Origin: an uncultured Actinomycetes bacterium
GTDB taxonomy: Bacteria > Actinomycetota > Acidimicrobiia > Acidimicrobiales > CAVTQP01
Direction: 5' to 3'
Length of the DNA: 64,000 bases
NCBI GenBank assembly: GCA_963736925.1
Contig: CAVTQP010000003.1
Location: 738,845 to 802,844 of the forward strand
The notes under the pieces were generated by a model. The model was given only the letters and a program-made list of their open reading frames with translations. It did not search any database and was not told where the DNA came from. Positions 31,210-38,914 of the stretch are shown here, one piece after another (position 1 is the stretch's first letter; each line of letters starts with the position of its first letter). Made by a program: the position numbers and the translations under genes.

Positions 31210-33801
31210 GTGGCTTTTCGACCTAAGCTTGTAGCCGTGGTCGGGCGGGGGCCGGGAGGGTCGGCTAGCAAGCATGCAGAACGTTCGATCGCCCGCCTTT
31301 TTGTGGCTGCTAGGGCCGGTCAGCTCTTTTTCTCCACTCTCATGGTGATCGGCGATCGCCGACGATTCAGTTACCCCAAGCTTCAGAGCGTTGTTCTGTC
31401 TGGAGTTATCGCGGAGTCGACGTGGCTCGCTCGTCGCCTCCTGAAGTCTGGGCGCTATCAGGATCGACGTGTCATGTGGGTCGACACGATGTCGTCGGCG
31501 GCTGGTCTCGTGACCTCGGCGACCGGATTGGGGACTGGGGATGCGGCCCCATGGATGAAGAACGTGGCCATCGGCTCCATTCTGGGAGCATCGTCCTCGG
31601 AGAAGCCTATTGAGCGGATAGCAGCAGTCGGGCTTCTGAGCCTTGCGGCATTTGTCACCGGCGCTCGTGCCAAAGGTCGTGACCGTCACGTAGCCGGTCT
31701 CGGTTTGGCGTTGAACGACGTGGTCAGCTGGGCAGGGATGCATGTCGCCGTCAGTTTGTATGTCGCTGCCCACCGACGTTACGCACGGCTCCAGGACGAG
31801 GCTGACGAACTGGCTGTCGAGCAGGCTGAACAGGCCGCGGCGGAGGCCGAGCGAAGTCATCAGCACAGCGTCGTGCACCGGGCAACAATCGAGGTCCTGA
31901 AGGAGCTTTCTGATTGCAGCGATTCCCAGGTTGCCGGTGCCGTGGCGGGCCGGGAAGCCAGACGCCTCCGCCACATTCTGAGCACCAAAGGCCAAATGCC
32001 GTCAGGCCTTGACCGTGCTCTCTACGAAGTTTCCGAAGATGTAAGGGTTGCCGGCCTCCAGGTCGAGTTGGTGACAGCCGATCTGACCGGTGAGGTCCCA
32101 GCCGATGCCCTCGCCTCGTTGCGGAAGGCTTTGCTAATTTCTTTGCTCGCTGCCCGAGAATTCGCAGCCGCCGACCGAGCGGTGGTACGAGCAGTCTCCG
32201 ATGATGATCAGGTCTCGGTGACCGTCCGTCACCACTCTGGTGGTTTCGCTCCGGGGGGAGGATCGCTCTATGAGGGGCGACTTGCGGGACTCCAGCAGGT
32301 TCTTGGCCCTGTTTTCGGACGAGTGGAGGTGTGGTCGCAGGAGGAGCGAGGCGTACACGTGTCGTTAACCATGCCAACCGCGGATCCAGCCGCAGAACCT
32401 CGAGAACATCGGTCGAAGAAGAACCTTCCGCTAAGGGATGTCGCCCCCGCGGAAGTTGTCACCCCCGGCCCAAGTTTCGCTGGAATTCAACAGGGCGAGC
32501 TCGTGGGGCTCGGAATGGCCGACGGTCGAAGCTCAAGCGAGAAGGTACTGGAGCGTGGCTCGTGGCGACAGAACGACGATGCAAACAGGCGCATTCTGGT
32601 CCACGACTCCGACCGGGGAGATCTTTGGCAGCTAGTTGCGAAGACAAAGAGCAGCCTTGGTCAACTTGGCCCCTATGGTGTGAGTGGACAAATCGATGAA
32701 GCTCTACGCGCTAACCGTACGATCGCCACGCTCTTCATGGCGTGGCGCTGTTCGGGTCTCGCCACTGGATTCGCAGCGCTGATTGCCGGGCGTCGACGTT
32801 ATCGGAGCCGTATGGCAGCCGTCGTGCAGCTGGCGGGCGCGGTAGTCGAGTCCGTAGGGCTAGCTTGGCGCTTGCATCGGAGGGGATTTCGATTCGACCG
32901 CCAGACCCAGTTGACAGACGCCTCTACGGCGGTCGGTGCTTTACTGGCAGGGAGGGCCAATCTCCCCGAGGAGGACCTCTGGACCTGGATTAACTGGGCC
33001 CCGTGGAGCTTCGCCGCTAGCGCCGTATCCGGACAGGCTCTTGGCGATCCGCCAACCGGCAACAGTGCCCTTAGGGCTGCGACGATCATCCTGGCTGGAA
33101 CCGCCCTCGCCGCTCGGTGGAACGATAGGGTAGTCAATGCCTGCGGGATGGCTTCGTGCTTCGCCGTGGGACAGGTTTTTGTGCGCCAGATCCGCAATGG
33201 CGCCACTCGGCTCGAAGCCGCTCGGGCAGAGGCCATCGAAGAGGGACGCCGATTAGCATCCGAGAAGGAACGGTCGCGCCAGCTCCGGCTTCTCCATGAC
33301 AGCGCACTACAAAGCCTTGAAGCTGTGGGAAGCGGACGCTACCCCGACCTCAACTCTGTCCAGTCACTAGCCCGAAACGAAGCCCGCCGGCTCGAGGCTC
33401 AATTGGTCGAGCCGAAATCGCCAAGTGGTTCGCTGAACGAAGCAATGGACTCAGTGGTGGACGAGCACCGTGGTTTTGGTCTCGCAATAGACCTGACAAT
33501 CGGTGTGGTATATGAACCCATTCCTCCTGTCCTACTCGCGCTGCGTGACGCTACGAGCGAAGCGCTGATGAATGTACGTAAACACGCCGGCTCGGCTCAT
33601 GTCGAGGTCGACGTGGCATCCTCCACCGATGGTGTATGTGTGACGGTTCGGGATCGCGGAGCAGGCTTTGATCCGACGCATCGGGCAGGATTCGGCACTG
33701 TCGAGTCCATCGTTAGGCGGATGTCCGATGTTGGTGGTCAGGCCAGGATCGACTCGGCTCTCGGGAAAGGAACGACCGTGATCCTTTGGGGACCGGCATG
33801 A
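31210..33801 (+). CDS. Large membrane sensor histidine kinase built from two tandem homologous modules (N-terminal module with degenerate catalytic motifs, C-terminal module HisKA_3 + HATPase_c)
   Basis: 863 aa. The C-terminal module has the H-box 'RQLRLLHDSALQSLEAV', the N-box 'ATSEALMNVRKHAGS', and the G-boxes 'VRDRGAGFDP' and 'GFGTVESIVRRM...GKGTTV'. The N-terminal half repeats the same layout: 'ERSIARLF..RRRF..VIAESTWLARRL' against 'NRTIATLF..RRRY..VVESVGLAWRL', 'HQHSVVHRATIEVL', and 'VTVRHHSGGFAPGG'. The stop overlaps the regulator ATG. Confidence 0.75.
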   Translation: MAFRPKLVAVVGRGPGGSASKHAERSIARLFVAARAGQLFFSTLMVIGDRRRFSYPKLQSVVLSGVIAESTWLARRLLKSGRYQDRRVMWVDTMSSAAGLVTSATGLGTGDAAPWMKNVAIGSILGASSSEKPIERIAAVGLLSLAAFVTGARAKGRDRHVAGLGLALNDVVSWAGMHVAVSLYVAAHRRYARLQDEADELAVEQAEQAAAEAERSHQHSVVHRATIEVLKELSDCSDSQVAGAVAGREARRLRHILSTKGQMPSGLDRALYEVSEDVRVAGLQVELVTADLTGEVPADALASLRKALLISLLAAREFAAADRAVVRAVSDDDQVSVTVRHHSGGFAPGGGSLYEGRLAGLQQVLGPVFGRVEVWSQEERGVHVSLTMPTADPAAEPREHRSKKNLPLRDVAPAEVVTPGPSFAGIQQGELVGLGMADGRSSSEKVLERGSWRQNDDANRRILVHDSDRGDLWQLVAKTKSSLGQLGPYGVSGQIDEALRANRTIATLFMAWRCSGLATGFAALIAGRRRYRSRMAAVVQLAGAVVESVGLAWRLHRRGFRFDRQTQLTDASTAVGALLAGRANLPEEDLWTWINWAPWSFAASAVSGQALGDPPTGNSALRAATIILAGTALAARWNDRVVNACGMASCFAVGQVFVRQIRNGATRLEAARAEAIEEGRRLASEKERSRQLRLLHDSALQSLEAVGSGRYPDLNSVQSLARNEARRLEAQLVEPKSPSGSLNEAMDSVVDEHRGFGLAIDLTIGVVYEPIPPVLLALRDATSEALMNVRKHAGSAHVEVDVASSTDGVCVTVRDRGAGFDPTHRAGFGTVESIVRRMSDVGGQARIDSALGKGTTVILWGPA

Positions 33802-34427
33802 TTTCAGTGGCAATCGTCGACGACCATCCGGTCTACAGGCAGGGATTGGCGATGGCAGTTGACACGGCTGAAGATCTCGAACTCGTCGGAGAGGCTAAGT
33901 CGATCGAGGATTTCGACCAGCTCGAGGCCGAGGTCGATGTGGTGCTACTGGACCTCCATCTTCCCGGTATTGATGGATCAGCCGGGGTGGCGCACGTTTG
34001 TGCAAAGGGCCTTCGGGTGCTGGTTGTGTCGGCAGCAGGCACTCCTGAGGACGTCATCGACGCCGTCGCGGCCGGCGCAGTTGGATACCTCACCAAGGAA
34101 ACCGACGCCGCGGAGATCACGCGTGCCATTCGGACTGTTGGTGCCGGAGACATGTACGTGTCACCTACGCTGGCGTCGTACCTCTTGCGCGCTGAGAAAT
34201 CCACCTCGGAGTACAAGCTGACGAAGCGAGAACGCGATGTGCTCGCTCTCGTCGCTGCTGGCGAGAGAGACCAGGACATTGCAACGCAGCTCTTCATTGC
34301 CACCACTACTGTTCATTCACATCTGGAAAGGATCCGTGACAAGACGGGGGCCCGTCGACGTGCCGAACTCACTGCGCTCGCATACCGGCTAGGAATCGGC
34401 CCGGGCGAGCCAGAGCGACGGCTCTGA
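33798..34427 (+). CDS. NarL/FixJ-family response regulator (receiver + LuxR-type HTH)
   Basis: 'ISVAIVDDHPVYRQGLA', 'DVVLLDLHLPGIDG', and the LuxR HTH 'LTKRERDVLALVAAGERDQDIATQLFIATTTVHSHLERIRDKTG'. The ATG at 33798 overlaps the kinase TGA (ATGA). Confidence 0.9.
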   Translation: MISVAIVDDHPVYRQGLAMAVDTAEDLELVGEAKSIEDFDQLEAEVDVVLLDLHLPGIDGSAGVAHVCAKGLRVLVVSAAGTPEDVIDAVAAGAVGYLTKETDAAEITRAIRTVGAGDMYVSPTLASYLLRAEKSTSEYKLTKRERDVLALVAAGERDQDIATQLFIATTTVHSHLERIRDKTGARRRAELTALAYRLGIGPGEPERRL

Positions 34428-34645
34428 CATCACCTTCTTTGGGAACCTACAGCGGCTTGGTGGTTCCGGCTAGAAGGCAACCGAAGGACGGGACACGGAA
34501 CACACTGTAGCTAGGGGCCGCGAATGGACACCGGGCGGCGGCCGGTGTGGGTACTTTCACCCCGCCACCCGGGTAGCCCTGCCGAGCGCGAAATAGGTAA
34601 TCCCAGCCCTGACATCACAGTGCCTTTCAGCTCAGACTGACTCTC

Positions 34646-35422
34646 ATGAGTGAGTCGGAAGCTCGCGTGGCTTCCCGAGGCCAGGAGATCACGCTGAGAG
34701 GAACCTCGGCCACCAGCGGGCAGGCGACGCGGGTCAACTGGACTGGGGTGATTCGTCAGGGCGGACCGCCCGTCTTGGAAGGAACTGTGGGCCCCTCGGT
34801 TGCCTTCTTGGCCGGACAGGAACTGGGCGGCCTCGTTGGTGCTCTGGCCCTCGCCCTGGGGTGGACTGCGATATGCATGGTGGCGCGAAAGCTGATGGGC
34901 CGTCACATCACCGCTCTTTTACTCCTCGGAGCCCTGATGCTTGCCTTACGCTCAGCTGTAGCCGTAGCGCTGCATTCAGCGAGCGCCTTCTTCGTTGGTC
35001 CCGTGGTCCTTACAGCGGGGCTCGGGATTGCCTTTGTCGTGTCCGCATTTACGACCAAGCCGCTTGCGAACCGACTTGCCATGGATCTCTTGCCCTCGTC
35101 GTGGAAAGAGTTATCACATTCGAATCCAAGCGTCGGTCGCCTTGTTTCGGCGCTATTCGGTTGTGAGCAGGTCCTTTCTGCGGCTCTTTCCGTCGTGCTC
35201 TTGCTCAAAATGTCGACAACGGCATATGTGACGTTTCATCTATTGGTGTCAGCGGCACTTTTCGCCCTGAGTGTGATCGTTTCGATCCCCCTTCTCAGGA
35301 GTTCCCTTCGAAGGCTCGACGGGTCAGTCGAGTCCGGTGCTCGTCTGCGGCTCGCTTTAGATGGTTCGAGTGTGCCAAAAACCTTGGGCCGTGCGGGTGC
35401 CGTAACGAGTGCCTCCACCTAA
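34646..35422 (+). CDS. Polytopic integral membrane protein, family not recognised
   Basis: 258-aa ORF with 5-6 hydrophobic helices, such as 'LVGALALALGWTAICMV', 'ALLLLGALMLALRSAVAVAL' and 'VLTAGLGIAFVVSAF'. The start is uncertain. Confidence 0.5.
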   Translation: MSESEARVASRGQEITLRGTSATSGQATRVNWTGVIRQGGPPVLEGTVGPSVAFLAGQELGGLVGALALALGWTAICMVARKLMGRHITALLLLGALMLALRSAVAVALHSASAFFVGPVVLTAGLGIAFVVSAFTTKPLANRLAMDLLPSSWKELSHSNPSVGRLVSALFGCEQVLSAALSVVLLLKMSTTAYVTFHLLVSAALFALSVIVSIPLLRSSLRRLDGSVESGARLRLALDGSSVPKTLGRAGAVTSAST

Positions 35423-35468
35423 CTCGTCATCGCACGCTGCCACCGGCTGCGTTTCAGCTCGATCGCTG

Positions 35469-35512
35469 CCTTTGGTCGCAGGGTCGATCCCTGCCGGGGG
35501 CCCACGGTAAAG
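35469..35512 (+). repeat. att copy 3: degenerate tRNA-Met 3' fragment
   Basis: cctttggtcgcagGgtcgatccctgccggGGgcccacggtaaag differs from copy 2 by one T>G change and two extra G. It shares the post-tRNA GGTAAAG with copy 2. Confidence 0.75.
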
Positions 35513-35648
35513 AGGTTCTTCGGTCTTAGCGGGGTGTAGCCACGTAGCAGGGGTCCACCAGTCGAGAAGCAGGGGCTCTCACATTCGGGGGGTTCATCAC
35601 AGCCAACCGATCGGAGAGCCCCTGTGGAGACGGACCTTACGTGCATTT

Positions 35649-36004
35649 GTGAGGGTCCTTGTCGGACTTCCCGACGTCACCGTTCTCGGGGTGACCGACC
35701 TCGACGGTCAGCCGCTTCGGGTGCACATAGAGACCCGAGATCCGATGACGGCGTGCCCTCGATGTGGCCAGGGGTCGTGGATCAAGGATCGTGCGCCAGT
35801 CGAGCTGGTCGATCCAACGGCCTTCGGACGCCCGATTCGCCTGGCCTGGCGAAAGAGACGGCTCGTTTGCCCCAACACCGACTGCGACGTGTCCTCGTTC
35901 ACCGAGGAGGACCACTCGATCGCCTCCTCGCGCATGGCAATGACCGATCGCGCAGGGAGATCCACGTGGCTGACCCCTTTCACCTCGTCCGGCACGCGAA
36001 GTGA
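35649..36004 (+). pseudogene. ISL3-family transposase remnant (N-terminal zinc-finger/HTH part plus a fragment of the C-terminal region in another frame)
   Basis: 'LPDVTVLGVTDLDGQPLRVHIETRDPMTACPRCG...WIKDRAPVELVDPTAFGRPIRLAWRKRRLVCPNTDC..SSFTEE' is the zf-ISL3 pattern. 'VADPFHLVRHA' lies in the overlapping frame 35624..36004. It is far too short for an intact ~430-aa transposase. Confidence 0.6.
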
Positions 36005-36231
36005 GGGCCCTTCTCTACGCCAGCAGGCCGAACTGGGCGCTGCTCACGACCGTCACTCCCCGCTGAATCCGGAGTGCCGCATAACGAGCCCAGAGCGGGC
36101 ATTCGGTGTTACCTAGCGAGAAGACAATCGGGAAGCCGCTGCGCGCATCGAAGGTGCCGATGCGGCGCGACGCAAAGTCGTCTAGCGTTCGTTTGCCAGC
36201 CAGTTAGACAGCTCTCGATGGGAGACCAAAC

Positions 36232-36606
36232 ATGGCAACAAAAGGCAAAACCCAGCTGTTGATTACGTTCGTGGCGAGTCCCGACCAGGTCGACAAGATC
36301 GATTCACTGGTAGCGAGTCACGGAGCATACATGGCAAAGACTCACCCCCGAGAAGGTTCCAAGGCCTTGCTCAGTTACAACTTCTCGAAGGGACCCGAGT
36401 TGGCCAATCCGCTCGATCCCGGCTCCGAGGCCACTGGCAACACCCGATACGTGCTCAACGAGATCTACGAATCCCCGGCGGGTATCGAGAACCACTGGCA
36501 AGAGTCACAGAAATCTTGGAGCGACTTTGCATCGATGGTGGAGATGCTTGGTAGCTGTAATACGCACACGCTGCACTGCGGTGAGATCGCCGAGTCTCTC
36601 TGGTAG
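36232..36606 (+). CDS. Hypothetical 124-aa protein (possibly ferredoxin-like/ABM fold)
   Basis: It is a clean ORF in a visibly lower-GC patch. 'YVLNEIYESPAGIENHWQES' resembles ABM-type proteins. The family call is uncertain. Confidence 0.4.
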   Translation: MATKGKTQLLITFVASPDQVDKIDSLVASHGAYMAKTHPREGSKALLSYNFSKGPELANPLDPGSEATGNTRYVLNEIYESPAGIENHWQESQKSWSDFASMVEMLGSCNTHTLHCGEIAESLW

Positions 36607-37012
36607 CCAGCGTCATCTGGAGTCTGTCGCCGCCGGGTAAGGCTCGCGGGGATGACGAACGGTGGCCGTGCTACTTGGAGCGGTGGCATACGCGGTTACT
36701 GGATGTGCTCACTGAACGACTAGCCGGTCTCGGACGACCGAGGGTGAGGAGCCCAGGCGCAGAACTGCCGTTCGGTAGTCGTCGAAGAAGCGCGGATCCG
36801 ACCAGAACGCACTCCCATAACGCGCGCCGGAGACGCCGGTGCGGGTGCCACCGATGTGCTGTTCATGGGCAGGCAGCTAGCGCAAGCGCGGGCGTGGCCT
36901 GACGGCCACACCCCGCTGATATGCAAAGAGCCTGTAGAGCGGACTAAAGGGGCTCTGCGGATGTTCGGCCACCGCGGAATGGACTGATGGCGAAACGAAA
37001 GGGCGGAATGAC

Positions 37013-37466
37013 ATGAGCGGTATAGAAGGCGAGAAGCTCTATGAGTACAACCTCCAGGTGACCGGGGGTGGTCGGGTACGGCGCGAGCTTCTCGGACATC
37101 ATCGGCGGGCAGAGCCCGCCTCCACCTGGAGGCTTGTGCGTCGACGTCGCATTTGAGGGGCCCGTGACCGGGCGCCTGAGTGGCAGTGTCGTCGGTATGG
37201 ACTACCTCACCGTTCGCGCCGACGGCCGCGCCGAGCTCGATATCAAGGCCGCCATCACCACTGCTGATGGCGAGAAGATTGCCCTTGCCGCCAGCGGCGT
37301 CTTGATTCCGCAACCCGGCACACCGACGGCATTGCTGCGGGAGAAGGTCACGCTGACGACCGCGAGCGAGGGCTATGCCTGGGTTAACCCCCTGCAGATA
37401 TGGGGGGTCGGTTCGGTCGATTTCAACACTGGCAAGATCAACATCAGCGCCTATCTGCCCGATTAG
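37013..37466 (+). pseudogene. DUF3237-like protein, frameshifted in a G-run near 37060
   Basis: ATG 37013 'MSGIEGEKLYEYNLQVTGG' switches frame at CCGGGGG to ORF 37068..37466. That ORF reads 'VGYGASF...VAFEGPVTGRLSGSVVGMDYLTVRADGRAELDIKAAITTADGEKIALAASG'. Confidence 0.55.
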
Positions 37467-37744
37467 ACACGTTCTGGGTCGGTGCCCGCGGGTCACGCCT
37501 TCAACCCGCGGCCACAGGGGTTCGACCTGATGGTCGGCTCACGGTGACGAGTCCCGGGGAGGAGCTGAGATTGCTTGCAGGGGGCCTCACCCCGGGACGG
37601 GTCACCGCTGGGGAAGCTCGCATGCGACAATAGTGCTCGAGCTCCGTCGGGTCACACCCCGTCATGGAACTCTGTCAAGCCCTGATTTGGACCGTTTGCC
37701 CCGTTTGAGGTGATCTGCTGCGGGTTGGAGGCATACTGAGTCGT

Positions 37745-38515
37745 ATGAGCCGCTTTGAGTCATTCGACGGTGCTGTCATGCACTACAGCTCGTTCGGTGA
37801 AGGGCCGGCTGTGCTGCTCTTGCACGGGTTCGCTGCTGACAGCGAGGTCAATTGGGTACGGCCACGCGTCGTTGACGCACTGGTCGCTGCGGGAAGGCGC
37901 GCCATCGCCCTCGATGCTCGTGGTCACGGCAGGTCGGACAAACCCCACGATCCAGGTTCCTATTCGCACGGGGCCATGGTGAGAGACGCGCAGGCATTGC
38001 TCGATCATCTGAGCATCAAGCAAGTCGACGTTTGCGGGTACTCGATGGGCGCCATGAACGCGTACGCCTTGGTGACGCGTGAAGCCCGAGCGTGTTCGGC
38101 GGTGCTCGGAGGCTTGGGACGCGGGCTGGCCGATCGCTCGTTTGTCACACGTGGGCCGCGTATCGCGGACGCGCTAATGGCGGAGGATCCCTCGAAGGTC
38201 ACAGACCCCGTTGGTGCGGCTTTCCGTGCTTTCGCCGACTCGACGGGGGCCGATCGCGTCGCATTGGCGGCAATCCAGCGTTCAGATCGGGCGCCCTTGC
38301 CCGACGGAGAGTGTCTTACTGTTCCCACGCTGATCATCGCCGGCGAAAATGACGTCCTAGTCGGTTCGCCCTATGAGCTGGCTGCTCGCATCCCGGGTGC
38401 AGCCGTACGCGTAGTGTCGGGCGACCACTTGACTGCGGTGTACGACCCCGCATTTCGAGCGGCGATCGTCGAGTTCCTCGCCCTGGTTGACGACAATCCC
38501 TGGAAGAACGCGTGA
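37745..38515 (+). CDS. Alpha/beta-fold hydrolase
   Basis: 'VLLLHGFAADS', 'DARGHGRSDKP', a nucleophile elbow 'GYSMGA', and a C-terminal 'GDHL' His. Confidence 0.85.
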   Translation: MSRFESFDGAVMHYSSFGEGPAVLLLHGFAADSEVNWVRPRVVDALVAAGRRAIALDARGHGRSDKPHDPGSYSHGAMVRDAQALLDHLSIKQVDVCGYSMGAMNAYALVTREARACSAVLGGLGRGLADRSFVTRGPRIADALMAEDPSKVTDPVGAAFRAFADSTGADRVALAAIQRSDRAPLPDGECLTVPTLIIAGENDVLVGSPYELAARIPGAAVRVVSGDHLTAVYDPAFRAAIVEFLALVDDNPWKNA

Positions 38516-38889
38516 AGGAGCGTGCCAGCGCCGTCCGCGTCGTCCGCGTTTACGAGGACCCCGGCCGCAAGCGTGGGGAGTACCGCGTGCTTGTCGATCG
38601 CCTATGGCCTAGGGGTCTTTCGAAGGGCACGGTCCATTACGACGAGTGGTTGAAACAGGCTGCCCCGAGCACAGATCTGCGGCGATGGTACGGTCATGAG
38701 CCTGAGCGATTCGCCGAGTTCTCCCGGCGGTACCGGCGCGAGTTGAAGACATCGGCCGCAGCCGACGCGGTAGAGCACCTGCGCGAGGTGGCGGGGCGCC
38801 GGCGGCTCCTCTTGCTGACAGCCACCCGCGAGGTGGAGCATTCGGGGGCGGCGGTGCTGCGTGGGGTGGTGGAGACTAGAGGTGCTTAG
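38512..38889 (+). CDS. DUF488-family protein
   Basis: 'YRVLVDRLWPRGLSK', 'WLKQAAPSTDLRRWYGHEPERFAEFSRRYRREL', 'LLLLTATRE'. It overlaps the hydrolase stop by 4 nt. Confidence 0.8.
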   Translation: MKERASAVRVVRVYEDPGRKRGEYRVLVDRLWPRGLSKGTVHYDEWLKQAAPSTDLRRWYGHEPERFAEFSRRYRRELKTSAAADAVEHLREVAGRRRLLLLTATREVEHSGAAVLRGVVETRGA

Positions 38890-38914
38890 CAGTGGTCCGG
38901 GCGAAGGGGGTTCG

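Larger units (their letters stand above)
28658..35512. mobile_element. Integrase-less island remnant 'island 2' (~6.9 kb) between att copies 2 and 3
   Basis: It is bounded by the second and a third (degenerate) tRNA-Met 3' repeat. Its cargo is accessory genes, and an ISL3 remnant lies just beyond it. Confidence 0.55.

Noticed and set aside
31150-31995. 281-aa ORF antisense to the 5' part of the histidine kinase gene
   Set aside because: It has no motifs. The plus-strand frame shows clear internal duplication and kinase boxes, so this is an antisense shadow ORF.
36720-37496. 258-aa minus-strand ORF overlapping the DUF3237 gene
   Set aside because: It overlaps a plus-strand gene with recognisable family features, and its sequence is Arg/Ala/Pro-rich noise. 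Only a short fragment in another minus-strand frame looked protein-like, and I report that separately as a remnant.
38861-38914. Cobalamin or SAM riboswitch upstream of metE
   Set aside because: metE starts about 25 nt after the DUF488 stop codon, and the two tracked ORFs even overlap. There is no room for a 100-200-nt riboswitch aptamer.
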